From SAR202 cluster bacterium (GTDB lineage Bacteria; Chloroflexota; Dehalococcoidia; Lucifugimonadales; GCA-2719675), in the NCBI GenBank assembly GCA_009392295.1, contig VFGW01000017.1:59933-123932 (forward strand): DNA of 64,000 bases. Direction: 5' to 3'. The notes beneath the pieces are model-generated. The model ran no database searches, had not been told where the DNA came from, and saw only the letters and a list, made by a program, of their open reading frames with translations. The translations under genes were made by a program, and so were the position numbers. Positions 1 through 8,998 of the stretch are shown here, one piece after another (positions within the stretch are counted from its first letter, which is position 1; each line of letters opens with the position of its first letter).

Positions 1-921
1 AAATTTTACGGATTCAGAAACAGCAATCTGGGCTTTTTCATCCATTTCCAAAATTTTTTCTTCGTCTGAATATCCCATATCTATCAAATATGATTTCATT
101 CTACGGATACAATCTTTTGATTTATAAAGAGCTTCTTCTTCTTCAGTTCTGTATGTTAAAGGTGGATCGGCCCCGAAATGACCTTGATATCTGTAAGTCA
201 TAGCTTCAATTAGCGTAGGGCCTTCACCGCTTCGGGCTTTTTGAATTGCAATTTTGGAGGCATGATACATTTCTACTACAGATTGTCCGTCAACATTAAT
301 TCCAGGCATGTCAAATCCAGTTGCTCTTTTAGCTACAGATTGGCCCGCCATAGAATATTCAAAGGGCGTAGCTTCTGCATATCTGTTGTTTTCGCATACA
401 AATACCACAGGAAGCTTCCATATAGATGCAAGATTCATTGATTCATAAAGAACGCCTTGGCCAACAGCTCCGTCTCCAAAGAATACAACGCTAACGTTTT
501 GGGATTTTTTAAGCTTAGCTGTTAATGCAGCACCTACAGCTACGGGAATATTAGAACCAACAACGCCATTTGCACCCAGCATTCCTTTGTTTATATCTGC
601 AATATGCATTGTTCCGCCCTTGCCTTTATTAGTTCCGGTAGCCTTGCCCAATAGTTCGGCCATCATTTCGTTTAAATTCACGCCTTTTGCAATGCAATGA
701 TGATGGCTTCTGTGTGTGCCTAGAATTTGATCTCCGTCTTTAAGGTGAGCACATATTCCTGTTGGAACAGCTTCTTGACCTATCGAAGAATGCATTCCTC
801 TAAGTTTGCCTTGATCTGCTTGTCGGCGACATTCAGCTTCAAACTTTCTGGTAGTTATCATTGTTTGATACATCCAAAGAGCTGTTGATTTATCTATTCC
901 TGTTTTTTTAGAGTTAGTCAT
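1..921 (-). CDS. TPP-dependent 2-oxoacid dehydrogenase E1 alpha subunit (pyruvate/acetoin/branched-chain type), C-terminus cut by window edge
   Basis: Absent from the ORF track because there is no stop inside the window. My translation of the minus strand from ATG 921..919 gives MTNSKKTGIDKSTALWMYQTMITTRKFEAECRRQADQGKLRGMHSSIGQEAV... It contains the TPP-binding block GDGAVGQGVLYESMNLASIWKLPVVFVCENNRYA and stays open to base 1 (307 codons). Confidence 0.85.
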   Translation of the reverse strand, partial: MTNSKKTGIDKSTALWMYQTMITTRKFEAECRRQADQGKLRGMHSSIGQEAVPTGICAHLKDGDQILGTHRSHHHCIAKGVNLNEMMAELLGKATGTNKGKGGTMHIADINKGMLGANGVVGSNIPVAVGAALTAKLKKSQNVSVVFFGDGAVGQGVLYESMNLASIWKLPVVFVCENNRYAEATPFEYSMAGQSVAKRATGFDMPGINVDGQSVVEMYHASKIAIQKARSGEGPTLIEAMTYRYQGHFGADPPLTYRTEEEEALYKSKDCIRRMKSYLIDMGYSDEEKILEMDEKAQIAVSESVKF

Positions 922-1090
922 TTAGTTTCAATCTCTGTCTGAGTTTATTATCGCATTTTTCAATAAAGGTACATCAAGCCACGAATATCATAACATAAGG
1001 GATTAATCAATAGGGAAAATGATAGTTATTTAGTTGCAATCTTTTACAAAATTACGCCAAACTATTGGAAAGATTCTAAAGGTGATTTAA

Positions 1091-2338
1091 ATGGATATAT
1101 TAATTAAGGCGGCAAAACTTATTGATGGCACAGGAAGTCGTTCAACTTCAGATGCTTTTATTCTTATTCGTAATGGAAAGATCATTGAAATTGGGTCACA
1201 AAATGATTTGTCTGAAAATCTGACCAGCGGTTTTGGAAAATTTCAGATTATGGATTTTCCAGAAGGCACGATTTTACCTGGCCTGATTGAAACTCATTCA
1301 CATATGCATTGTACAGGGAACAGTGAAGCTTCAGAAAGAATGTTGCTAGATACTGAGGAAATTTTAATAATGAGAGCAGTTAATGCGATGAGAGTATCGT
1401 TATTGTCTGGCGTAACAACGATGAGAGATTTAGGGAGCCTTAACTCAGTTGCATTTGCTATCAAAAATGCAATTATTAACAACGTAATTCAAGGTCCAAG
1501 GATTTTGGTTGCGGGGACTCCAATAACAACAACAGCTGGGCATTGTTATTTTTTTGGCACGGAAGTTAATTCGGAAAAGGAAATTTTAGAAGCAGTAAGG
1601 AAGCAAGTAAAGCTGGGAGCAGATTGTATCAAGATCATGTCTACGGGGGGCAATTTTACGCCTAGAAGTAATCCCAGGAGGGCCCAGTTTTCTCTAAGAT
1701 TTCTCCAAGAGGCTGTAGAGGATGCACATAGATTGGAAGTTCCTGTTGCTTCACATTGCCACGGTACGGAAGGGATTATAAATTCTGTGAACGCAGGAGT
1801 GGACAATTTAATTCATTGTTCTTGGATTTCATCAAACCCTTCCGAAGGATATGACTATAGAGAAGATGTTGTTGATGAAATTGCTGACAAAGGTATATTT
1901 GTTGATCCCACTATTGCCTTGGGTCACCTAAGGCAAATAGATGATCCTGAGGCAGATGTTTTTCAACGAGGAGGAGTGTTCTATGATTTAGATTCCAGAT
2001 ATGAAATGTTGCGCGATATGTGGTCTAAAGGAGTCAAATTTATTTCCGGACTTGATGCAGGAATGCATATGGGGGAATTTGGAACTCATTATAATTCTGT
2101 TTTAGTTATGATTGAAAAAATGGGAGTTTCGCCGATTGATGCAATTAAATGTGTCTCAAAAAACTCAGCTGAATGTTTGGGAATATTGCCGGAAACAGGC
2201 ACGGTAGAGAAAGGTAAATATGCAGACTTGATTGTGCTAAGTGATGATTTTGAGAAAAACCCAAATTCTTTAAAACAAGTAGATACAGTAATCAACAAAG
2301 GAGTAGTTGTTAAAAAAAATCAAATACCATTGATTTAA
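1091..2338 (+). CDS. amidohydrolase-superfamily metal-dependent hydrolase
   Basis: 415 aa. It has the N-terminal HxH metal motif (LIETHSHMH), later ASHCHG and a GLDAG region, and an ADLIVL-type C-terminus, all typical of the amidohydrolase fold. Substrate unknown. Confidence 0.75.
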   Translation: MDILIKAAKLIDGTGSRSTSDAFILIRNGKIIEIGSQNDLSENLTSGFGKFQIMDFPEGTILPGLIETHSHMHCTGNSEASERMLLDTEEILIMRAVNAMRVSLLSGVTTMRDLGSLNSVAFAIKNAIINNVIQGPRILVAGTPITTTAGHCYFFGTEVNSEKEILEAVRKQVKLGADCIKIMSTGGNFTPRSNPRRAQFSLRFLQEAVEDAHRLEVPVASHCHGTEGIINSVNAGVDNLIHCSWISSNPSEGYDYREDVVDEIADKGIFVDPTIALGHLRQIDDPEADVFQRGGVFYDLDSRYEMLRDMWSKGVKFISGLDAGMHMGEFGTHYNSVLVMIEKMGVSPIDAIKCVSKNSAECLGILPETGTVEKGKYADLIVLSDDFEKNPNSLKQVDTVINKGVVVKKNQIPLI

Positions 2339-2363
2339 AATCAGAATGTGTAAAGGAGTTTTT

Positions 2364-3443
2364 ATGAATGTCAAAAATTATAATTTTGGACAGGTAGGCT
2401 ACAGAGGAAGAGGAAAAGGGCTTGCTTCTTTTGTTGTAGAAGCAAAGGGAGCGCAGCTAGTTGCTATAGCAGACTTGGTAGGTGAGAATTTAGAAGATGC
2501 GAAATCTTTATATAGCAATATTAATGTTTATTCTAATCATTTAGATATGATCGAAGCTGAAAATTTGGATGTTTTAATAATTGCAACTGCTCCTAGATTT
2601 AGATTACCTATTGTCACTGATGCAGTTCAAAAAGGCGTTAAGGCAATTTATATGGAAAAGCCTATTGCTAACACACTTGCAGAAGCAGACCAAATGATTT
2701 CTTTGTGTAAAGACAATAGGGTTGAATTATCAATAGGACATCAACGAAGGTGGGATCCAAATTTTGTGAACATAAAAAATGCTATCAAAAATGGAGATTT
2801 AGGGACTATAACTCACGGGGTATCATATTGGACTGCCGGTAGGATTGGCGCTAACGGGACGCATTTTTTGGACATGATTAATTTTGTGCTTGATGATGAA
2901 CCAATTAGAATCAGCGGTATATCCCAATTTGGAATGAACAATAAGGCAGATTTTAATGAATCTCTAAATGAATGGATGGAAAAAGATCCGGGTGTTAGTG
3001 GATTTATAGATTATTCCAGAGGCACTAGAATTTGGATACATTGTTTTAATGATGTTATTACACCTCATACGCATATGTTTTGCGGTACTAAAGGCCGAAT
3101 AGATGTTTTTGAAGGGATGGGGGAATTTGATATGGATATATTATATAGAGCTAGCGACAAAGACAGTACTGATATGAGGGGCGTTCATATTGTTGAACCT
3201 AAGCAGTTTCCTGTTGTTACTGTTGATAAAAAACCTGAATCATTGGCATATGAGGAATTAATTCGAGTAGTTTCTGAAAGAAAAAACAATTCTTCCACCG
3301 GAGAAGACGGAAGGAAGGCTCTAGAAATGATTGTTGCGTTTCAAATTTCATCTGAGAATGGAGGCAGATCAGTAGCTCTCCCTTTGCCAGAAAGTTGTTT
3401 TAATTATGAGGTTGGGTATCATCCTAATAAGTCGGGTAAATAA
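2364..3443 (+). CDS. Gfo/Idh/MocA-family NAD(P)-dependent oxidoreductase
   Basis: Family EKP motif (AIYMEKPIANTLAEAD) and an N-terminal Rossmann region. I prefer ATG 2364 (AAGGAG at 2352..2357) over the track start at 2346. Confidence 0.75.
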   Translation: MNVKNYNFGQVGYRGRGKGLASFVVEAKGAQLVAIADLVGENLEDAKSLYSNINVYSNHLDMIEAENLDVLIIATAPRFRLPIVTDAVQKGVKAIYMEKPIANTLAEADQMISLCKDNRVELSIGHQRRWDPNFVNIKNAIKNGDLGTITHGVSYWTAGRIGANGTHFLDMINFVLDDEPIRISGISQFGMNNKADFNESLNEWMEKDPGVSGFIDYSRGTRIWIHCFNDVITPHTHMFCGTKGRIDVFEGMGEFDMDILYRASDKDSTDMRGVHIVEPKQFPVVTVDKKPESLAYEELIRVVSERKNNSSTGEDGRKALEMIVAFQISSENGGRSVALPLPESCFNYEVGYHPNKSGK

Positions 3444-3580
3444 ATCATTCTTTGATTTTTTTTAATTTGGATTAATTAAAATAAAAAAGTTTTTGTATTC
3501 TTGCAATCGGTATTGACCTGAGCAGAAACTCAGTGTAGTCTCGTTGAAAAATATCGTTTTTTAATTATTAGGAGATAAAA

Positions 3581-4612
3581 ATGGCAAATGGTAAACTCAG
3601 AGCAGGTGTAATTGGTTTGGGATTAGGCTCAAATCATGCATATGCTTATGATCAGTCGTCGCAGTATGATTTAGTGGGAGTTAGTGAAATTTCTTCGACT
3701 GTAGTGGATAGTTTTTGGGATAAAGCAAAAATTTCTAAAGGATCTATTCCTGTATATGATGATTATAAACAAATGATTGAGAAAGAAAACCTTGATGTTG
3801 TTAGCGTAACTATACCTGACCATTTGCACACAGCTCCTGTTTGTGATGCTTCTAATATGGGAGTTAAAGGTATTTTTTGTGAAAAACCTCTTTGTATCAA
3901 TCTAGAAGATGCTGACTTGATAGTTGAAACGGTAGAAAAAAATGGAACCAAAATGGCCGTTGATCATACCCGTAGTTTTGTACCTAACTATCAAATGTCA
4001 AGGAAATCCATTCGAAATGGAGAAATAGGTGGCCTGACTAGGATTATTGCCCATATGGGGGGAACTCGCGCCATGTTGTTTCGAAATGGCACTCATATAG
4101 TTGATTTGATTAATTTTTTTGCTGATGCTGATCCGGTTTGGGTTTTAGCTGTTCATGAGCAAGGCTTTGAAGACTATGGAACTGAATATAAAGGTGAAGG
4201 CGGAAAAGATCCTGCATTAGACCCTGGAAGCACATTGATTATCGAATATGCCAATGGTGTAAGAGCAATACTTAATTCTGCAAAAAAAACACTTTCTTTA
4301 TATGAGATAGACCTTATAGGTCCTAATGGAAGAATTTATTGTACAGATAAGGGTGTTACTAGGTGGCTGACAGAAAATAATAAATATGAAGGCACTCCAG
4401 TTTTAGATGAGTCTTTTACTAGTCCCGGGTACCCTGAATTTTTTGGTGACTCATTGATTCCGGCCGTGGATGAACTTGCTGATGTTGTGATAAACGATGT
4501 TGAAACTAGCTCTCCTGTTCGTAGGGCACGACATACCTTGGAAATTATGATTGGTGCTTTAAGATCTCAAGCTGGCGGAAATGTGAAAATTGACCTGCCT
4601 CTTCCAAGGTAA
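3581..4612 (+). CDS. Gfo/Idh/MocA-family oxidoreductase
   Basis: GVIGLGLGSNHA dinucleotide-fold start and the FCEKPLCINLEDAD motif. AGGAG at 3570..3574. Confidence 0.75.
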   Translation: MANGKLRAGVIGLGLGSNHAYAYDQSSQYDLVGVSEISSTVVDSFWDKAKISKGSIPVYDDYKQMIEKENLDVVSVTIPDHLHTAPVCDASNMGVKGIFCEKPLCINLEDADLIVETVEKNGTKMAVDHTRSFVPNYQMSRKSIRNGEIGGLTRIIAHMGGTRAMLFRNGTHIVDLINFFADADPVWVLAVHEQGFEDYGTEYKGEGGKDPALDPGSTLIIEYANGVRAILNSAKKTLSLYEIDLIGPNGRIYCTDKGVTRWLTENNKYEGTPVLDESFTSPGYPEFFGDSLIPAVDELADVVINDVETSSPVRRARHTLEIMIGALRSQAGGNVKIDLPLPR

Positions 4613-4660
4613 TGTAATATTTAAGGGTGTACAACAACTTAAGTTTTAGCAGATGTTTTT

Positions 4661-5485
4661 TTGTTTATGGATAGCCTGTTAGCCTTCATTGATTTTCCAA
4701 CGTGGAAGTTATTTAGTTTGTTGTTAATTTCTTTTTTTGTTGGGTTATTAGGTGGTTTTGTAGGATTAGCGTTAGGGACTATTAGATTGCCATTGCTGCT
4801 GATTTTTGGAATTCCACCATCCACAGCAGCAGGGACAAATATAATTATTAGCGCTTCGAGCTCGTTGTCTGGGATGGTGCGTCATTTTCGAGAAGGAAGA
4901 ATTGATTTTAATATTGCATTAATTATGGGTTTGCCTTCGGTATTTTCGGCTTTTATTGGAGGTTTTTTTAGCAATTACTTAAATAGCGATATTTTGATTT
5001 TATTTATTGGCAGTTTTGTGATTTGGCAAGGCGTTGAATTTATTTTAATTTCAAAAAATAAAGTTTTTCAAAAAAATAAAATTTTCAACTCAAGGAGTCA
5101 CAAAAATAGTTTTATTAGAAATTTATCTCAAGCAATAACGGGGACAGGAATTGGTTTGTTGGGAGGATTAGTAGGATTGATTCTCGGGAGTATTCGATTA
5201 CCAGCATTAATACGTCTTTTTAGAATAGAGCCTCGTATTGCGGCAGGAACTAATACAATTATTGGATTTTGCATGGGGCTTGTTGGCGGCCTAGGACACT
5301 CAATTAATGGTAGGGTAGAGTATGAATTAGTCTTGATAATGGGTTTTGCTGCCATGTTAGGGAGCAATCAAGGTGCTAGATTAACAGGAAAAGTTAATTT
5401 GAATTTGCTGTTAGCTTTTATGGGGGGGATACTTTTTATTACAGGAATTGTAATGTTTTTTAGGGGTTTGATAAATATATTTTAA
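4661..5485 (+). CDS. TauE/SafE (TSUP) family anion-export permease
   Basis: Polytopic membrane protein with two homologous halves (GGFVGLALGTIRLPLLLIFGIPPSTAAGTN versus GGLVGLILGSIRLPALIRLFRIEPRIAAGTN), as in TSUP/TauE proteins. The start is TTG 4661 or ATG 4667. Confidence 0.7.
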   Translation: MFMDSLLAFIDFPTWKLFSLLLISFFVGLLGGFVGLALGTIRLPLLLIFGIPPSTAAGTNIIISASSSLSGMVRHFREGRIDFNIALIMGLPSVFSAFIGGFFSNYLNSDILILFIGSFVIWQGVEFILISKNKVFQKNKIFNSRSHKNSFIRNLSQAITGTGIGLLGGLVGLILGSIRLPALIRLFRIEPRIAAGTNTIIGFCMGLVGGLGHSINGRVEYELVLIMGFAAMLGSNQGARLTGKVNLNLLLAFMGGILFITGIVMFFRGLINIF

Positions 5486-6220
5486 TTATCTTCCCCATTT
5501 CCCTTTTGGTGTTTCCAATAAAACTGTAACTCCCAAATCTAGATATAGCTGTCTAGTCCCAAGGTCATTTCTGAAGCATACCGAAGTGTTTGTACCCTCC
5601 AGTTCATTCACAGTAAATTGCACACAATCTTCTATAGATTTAAAGTTGTGAATTGGAGAGTTTTCCAAACTAAAAGAAAGGTCTGCAGGACCAAAAGATA
5701 AGCAATCCACGCCCGGCTTGGCAAAACTTCGGCAATTTTTAACAGCATTTACTGATTCTAATTGAAGCCATAGGGTTCCATAATTTTCCCACCAGGAGCT
5801 ATATTCTATTCTAGATGATATTTTAGAAAGACCAACTCTGTCTTGGCCACCCCAGCTACGAATACCTTTGGGTGGGTAATAAAAATTATTTAGAGTTTCA
5901 GTGACAGTTGATTCAAGCTCTATTTGAGGTATTTCAATTCCTGAAGGACCTAAATCAATGTAATTACCTGATAAAAATGCTAAATTTGTGTGTTTAATTC
6001 TAAATTGAACGTGAATATTTAATTCATTTGATAAGGAGCAAAAAGAAGTAATACTATCTTCATTGAGCGGGGAATGCTGGCCGTCAATCAGGACAAAATC
6101 ATAATTTCCGCTTTCGACGAGCTGCGTTAAGTCGTCTTTTGACATGTTAACAGAAGCCATTGTACCAACAACTGGGATTTTATTAGAAATTTTGAATTTT
6201 AAAGAATTTTGATCAATCAA
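5486..6220 (-). CDS. HpcH/HpaI-family aldolase (2-keto-3-deoxy-acid aldolase type)
   Basis: 244 aa with a DFVLIDGQHSP segment matching the family D-x-x-x-I-D-x-E-H region. TTG start at 6220. Its stop abuts the TauE-like gene stop with 0 nt between them. Confidence 0.6.
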   Translation of the reverse strand: MIDQNSLKFKISNKIPVVGTMASVNMSKDDLTQLVESGNYDFVLIDGQHSPLNEDSITSFCSLSNELNIHVQFRIKHTNLAFLSGNYIDLGPSGIEIPQIELESTVTETLNNFYYPPKGIRSWGGQDRVGLSKISSRIEYSSWWENYGTLWLQLESVNAVKNCRSFAKPGVDCLSFGPADLSFSLENSPIHNFKSIEDCVQFTVNELEGTNTSVCFRNDLGTRQLYLDLGVTVLLETPKGKWGR

Positions 6221-6229
6221 ATTTAGTGG

Positions 6230-6772
6230 TTACCTTTCCTGTCTTTGGGCATTTTTAGCTTCTATTTCTTCTTTGAGCTCTTTTCTTTTTCTGTTTCTAT
6301 CGCTACTTGATTGTTCTTCGCGCCCAACACTAGAAAACTTTTCTTCAGTGATTTGTATAGTAGATGTTAAAGCCCAAACTTCGTTAAATGTTCCATTATT
6401 TGCGTTTCCTGTGTTATTTAGAGATGGGAATCGAATTTTTGAAAGCCCGGTTGAAAATGTAGAAGTTTCTCCTGTTTCAGCGATAATGATTGTTTGAGAG
6501 CAAGTAGCTTTTTCAAGAATTTCAACACGAGTTGTTTTTTTGGTATTCATTCCTGTAGCAGCAGAGACCTGGCAAGTATTGGTGTCATTATAATTAAATT
6601 CTATCCATGCAACTAATGGTACAGGTATAGATTCTTGTGATGTTTGAATTAATATTCCTCGTTTGGCGCCACTTTTTTCAGAGCATGAAATTGAAAAACT
6701 AATTGCAAGTAATGAAATTAAGAGGATTAAAAAAAGTATTGTTGAATTGGAGAATTTATTTTGAAATTCCAT
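6230..6772 (-). CDS. hypothetical lipoprotein, paralog A (K/E/R-rich C-terminal tail)
   Basis: Signal peptide plus lipobox (FSISCS), two conserved Cys, and the core motif TGETSTFSTGLSKIRFPS shared with the adjacent ORF. I recognise no family. Confidence 0.6.
   Translation of the reverse strand: MEFQNKFSNSTILFLILLISLLAISFSISCSEKSGAKRGILIQTSQESIPVPLVAWIEFNYNDTNTCQVSAATGMNTKKTTRVEILEKATCSQTIIIAETGETSTFSTGLSKIRFPSLNNTGNANNGTFNEVWALTSTIQITEEKFSSVGREEQSSSDRNRKRKELKEEIEAKNAQRQER
6421..6480 (-). repeat. 60-nt block nearly identical to 7033..7092 (conserved core of the paralogous lipoprotein genes)
   Basis: Manual alignment: gagatgggaatcgaatttttgaaagcccggttgaaaatgtagaagtttctcctgtttcag against the copy at 7033..7092 gives 54 of 60 identical positions. 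Confidence 0.8.
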
Positions 6773-6805
6773 AAAATTATCCTTATAGCAGTTTTTTATT
6801 ACAGC

Positions 6806-7387
6806 CTATTTTTTAGCGTTTTCTTTAGCTTTTTGTTCTTGTTTTTCTTTTTCTCTTTGCTCAAGGCGTTGTTTAACTTTTTCTTCGTTTTGAACGTTGT
6901 ATCTTGCTTGTGTCCTAAGTTTTTCTTCAACAATTCTTACATTGGAAGTAAATACCCATAATTCCCAGAAAGGGCCTACACCATCTAGTTTTTCCCCGTG
7001 TGCATCATCAGCCGCATTTCCAACATTTGTTGGAGATGGGAATCGAACTTTTGAAAGCCCAGTTGAAAATTTAGAAGACTCTCCTGTTTGAGTATTAAAT
7101 ACAACTTGAGTACAGGCAGCTTCCTTAATCACTTCAACGCGAGCACCTTTTTTTAGTGCTATTGGGTTTAGTTGGTTTATTTCGTTTACGGCACAAATAT
7201 CGTTACTATTAGATTCGAATGTTTCCCATGAAGAGAAAGGAACACTTGTTTCATTTAATGTGGAAATTTGTAGTACTCCTCTAATTTTTCCTTCACCCCC
7301 CGAGCATCCTGAAAACATAATAAGAGTAACGCAGAAAATCATTAAACAGAATTTAAAGTGTGCTCGATCCAAGCCTAAGGCTTCCAT
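6806..7387 (-). CDS. hypothetical lipoprotein, paralog B (K/E/Q-rich C-terminal tail)
   Basis: Lipobox (MFSGCS), the core TGESSKFSTGLSKVRFPS, and the same Cys spacing as paralog A. The tail is EEKVKQRLEQREKEKQEQKAKENAKK. Confidence 0.6.
   Translation of the reverse strand: MEALGLDRAHFKFCLMIFCVTLIMFSGCSGGEGKIRGVLQISTLNETSVPFSSWETFESNSNDICAVNEINQLNPIALKKGARVEVIKEAACTQVVFNTQTGESSKFSTGLSKVRFPSPTNVGNAADDAHGEKLDGVGPFWELWVFTSNVRIVEEKLRTQARYNVQNEEKVKQRLEQREKEKQEQKAKENAKK
7033..7092 (-). repeat. second copy of the 60-nt conserved block (see 6421..6480)
   Basis: gagatgggaatcgaacttttgaaagcccagttgaaaatttagaagactctcctgtttgag. It encodes the TGESSKFSTGLSKVRFPS region on the minus strand. Confidence 0.8.
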
Positions 7388-7479
7388 GTGTTAATCCTTA
7401 ACAAGTAATAAATTACTTTTGATTATACATAAGAATTCGCAAGTATTCTAGATTGAATGTTTTTAAGACATTTAGAGGA

Positions 7480-7857
7480 TTATTTTTTTAATTTTTTAAA
7501 TATGGAATCAAGCCAAGTATTTTTCTCATAATCGATTTCTCGCCCTCTCCATGTTTTTTTAGTTTTAGCTGGTTTCACAAAAATTATTGAATATCCGAAA
7601 ACAACGAGAGTGAGTCCAAGCCATCCAATTGCAGGAATTAAACTAGAATCAATTTTTCTGAACAAGAAATATGAAATAATTAAAATAACGCCTATAGAAA
7701 TTATATATCCTGGTGCGACTTTCCAGTTCTTGTTAAAAAGAATTTTTTTAAATTTGCTTACAATAGAATTTGAAGGGCGAGGTGCATTGTGATGCGGATT
7801 CAGTTCTCCCGCTTGGGTTAATATTTCTTCAATTTCGTCTTTATAATCTTTTCCCAT
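7480..7857 (-). CDS. hypothetical small membrane protein (2 predicted TM segments)
   Basis: 125 aa. Acidic N-terminus (KDYKDEIEEIL), two hydrophobic stretches and a basic C-terminus. I recognise no family. Confidence 0.5.
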   Translation of the reverse strand: MGKDYKDEIEEILTQAGELNPHHNAPRPSNSIVSKFKKILFNKNWKVAPGYIISIGVILIISYFLFRKIDSSLIPAIGWLGLTLVVFGYSIIFVKPAKTKKTWRGREIDYEKNTWLDSIFKKLKK

Positions 7858-7945
7858 TAAAGTCTCAAGTTCTGATGCAGATATTGTATTTATTAATCGT
7901 AAATTAAATTTTTCTTTTATGTCAAATATTATTGGGAAAATATTG

Positions 7946-8998
7946 TTAGTTTATTTTATCTGAAGAAACTTTTTTGAGAGTTGCTGGGAACTTTTTGAGT
8001 CCTGACTTTGACCAATTGCCCATTAAGCATATTTGAATCAAGTTTCTTTTAACAAGGTATTCGCTGTTGAAGCTTAATTCAAATCCATAATGTTTAAGCT
8101 TGTTTCCTATTTTTATTGAATTTAAAACCTTTGGTAATTGAATAGTTGTAACTGCAGGAGCAGAATCACTTAAGTCTCCCAGGACATTTAGGCCTAGATC
8201 TGCAATATTTTTTCTTAAAAAATTTGAAGCTTCAACTGCTTCCAAAAACGATCTGTTGGGGTCAATTAATTTTACTGCCACTTGGAGTGCGTAAATGAGA
8301 TTTGATGAGACTGTAAAAGGAATACCTTGTTTTTCTTGATATAAGCCTAAATCTAAATTTCTCGGGAGATTATTTGAAATGATTGGTTTATATGAAGAAA
8401 AAACTAAAGCAAGCCCAGGGAAAGATCCAATTCCTTTTCCACTAACTGCTGAGGCTAAATAAACATTTTCAAGATTTACTGGCATATTGCCAATAGTACT
8501 AATACAGTCCAGGACAATTTTGACTTTTTGTTTTGAGCAAATATTTTTTAATTCAGATAAATCCGTAATTTTTCCGCTAGATGTTTCGCAATGAGTTAGC
8601 CAAATCCATTTAATGTTAGGGTTTTTTTGCAATGTTTTTTCAATTTCACCTAAATTAAAATTATCTCCCCAAGGTATAGAAAATTCTTTGAATCTTAGTT
8701 GCGCCCTAGATGCATGGTCAATAAGGCGGCCGCCAAATTCTCCGCTATTAAGAACAAGTCCTTGCCCTGTCAGGGATTTTAATTGAAGGGCTATTATGTC
8801 ATTAGCCAAGGTGCCAGAACCGGTAATGATTTGACAATAATTTGCAGAAACCATATCGCATAAGTCAGTTCGTAGTTGAGATACGTCATTAACAAAATGT
8901 GTTAAACGATGTGAGATTGGAATTTTGCTAAATTCTTCAAGTATTTCTTTTTTGATTGTTACAGGGCCAGGTAAAAAATTAAACAAAGGATTACTCAT
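7946..8998 (-). CDS. class-V pyridoxal-phosphate aminotransferase (serine-pyruvate / aminoethylphosphonate-pyruvate transaminase-like)
   Basis: FLPGPVTI...ISHR...GSGTLAND and a later SGKGIGSFPGLA (putative PLP-Lys region). I place the start at ATG 8998..8996 (MSNPLFNFLPGPV), which overlaps the upstream GNAT stop as ATGAGTAA. The track start at 9091 would run 100 nt into the GNAT gene. Confidence 0.75.
   Translation of the reverse strand: MSNPLFNFLPGPVTIKKEILEEFSKIPISHRLTHFVNDVSQLRTDLCDMVSANYCQIITGSGTLANDIIALQLKSLTGQGLVLNSGEFGGRLIDHASRAQLRFKEFSIPWGDNFNLGEIEKTLQKNPNIKWIWLTHCETSSGKITDLSELKNICSKQKVKIVLDCISTIGNMPVNLENVYLASAVSGKGIGSFPGLALVFSSYKPIISNNLPRNLDLGLYQEKQGIPFTVSSNLIYALQVAVKLIDPNRSFLEAVEASNFLRKNIADLGLNVLGDLSDSAPAVTTIQLPKVLNSIKIGNKLKHYGFELSFNSEYLVKRNLIQICLMGNWSKSGLKKFPATLKKVSSDKIN

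Noticed and set aside
6761-6961. Phe/Leu-rich 66-aa plus-strand ORF (…FFSVFFSFLFLFFFFSLL…) that looks like a small hydrophobic peptide gene.
   Set aside because: It is the antisense reading of the Lys/Glu-rich tail codons (AAA/GAA-rich) of the lipoprotein paralog B gene. It is a compositional artefact.
7858-7953. In-frame open extension upstream of the 125-aa membrane protein (…IKEKFNLRLINTISASELETL-MGKDY…).
   Set aside because: No ATG, GTG or TTG start codon exists in the extension before the stop at 7951..7953. It also runs into the aminotransferase 3' end, so I kept ATG 7857.
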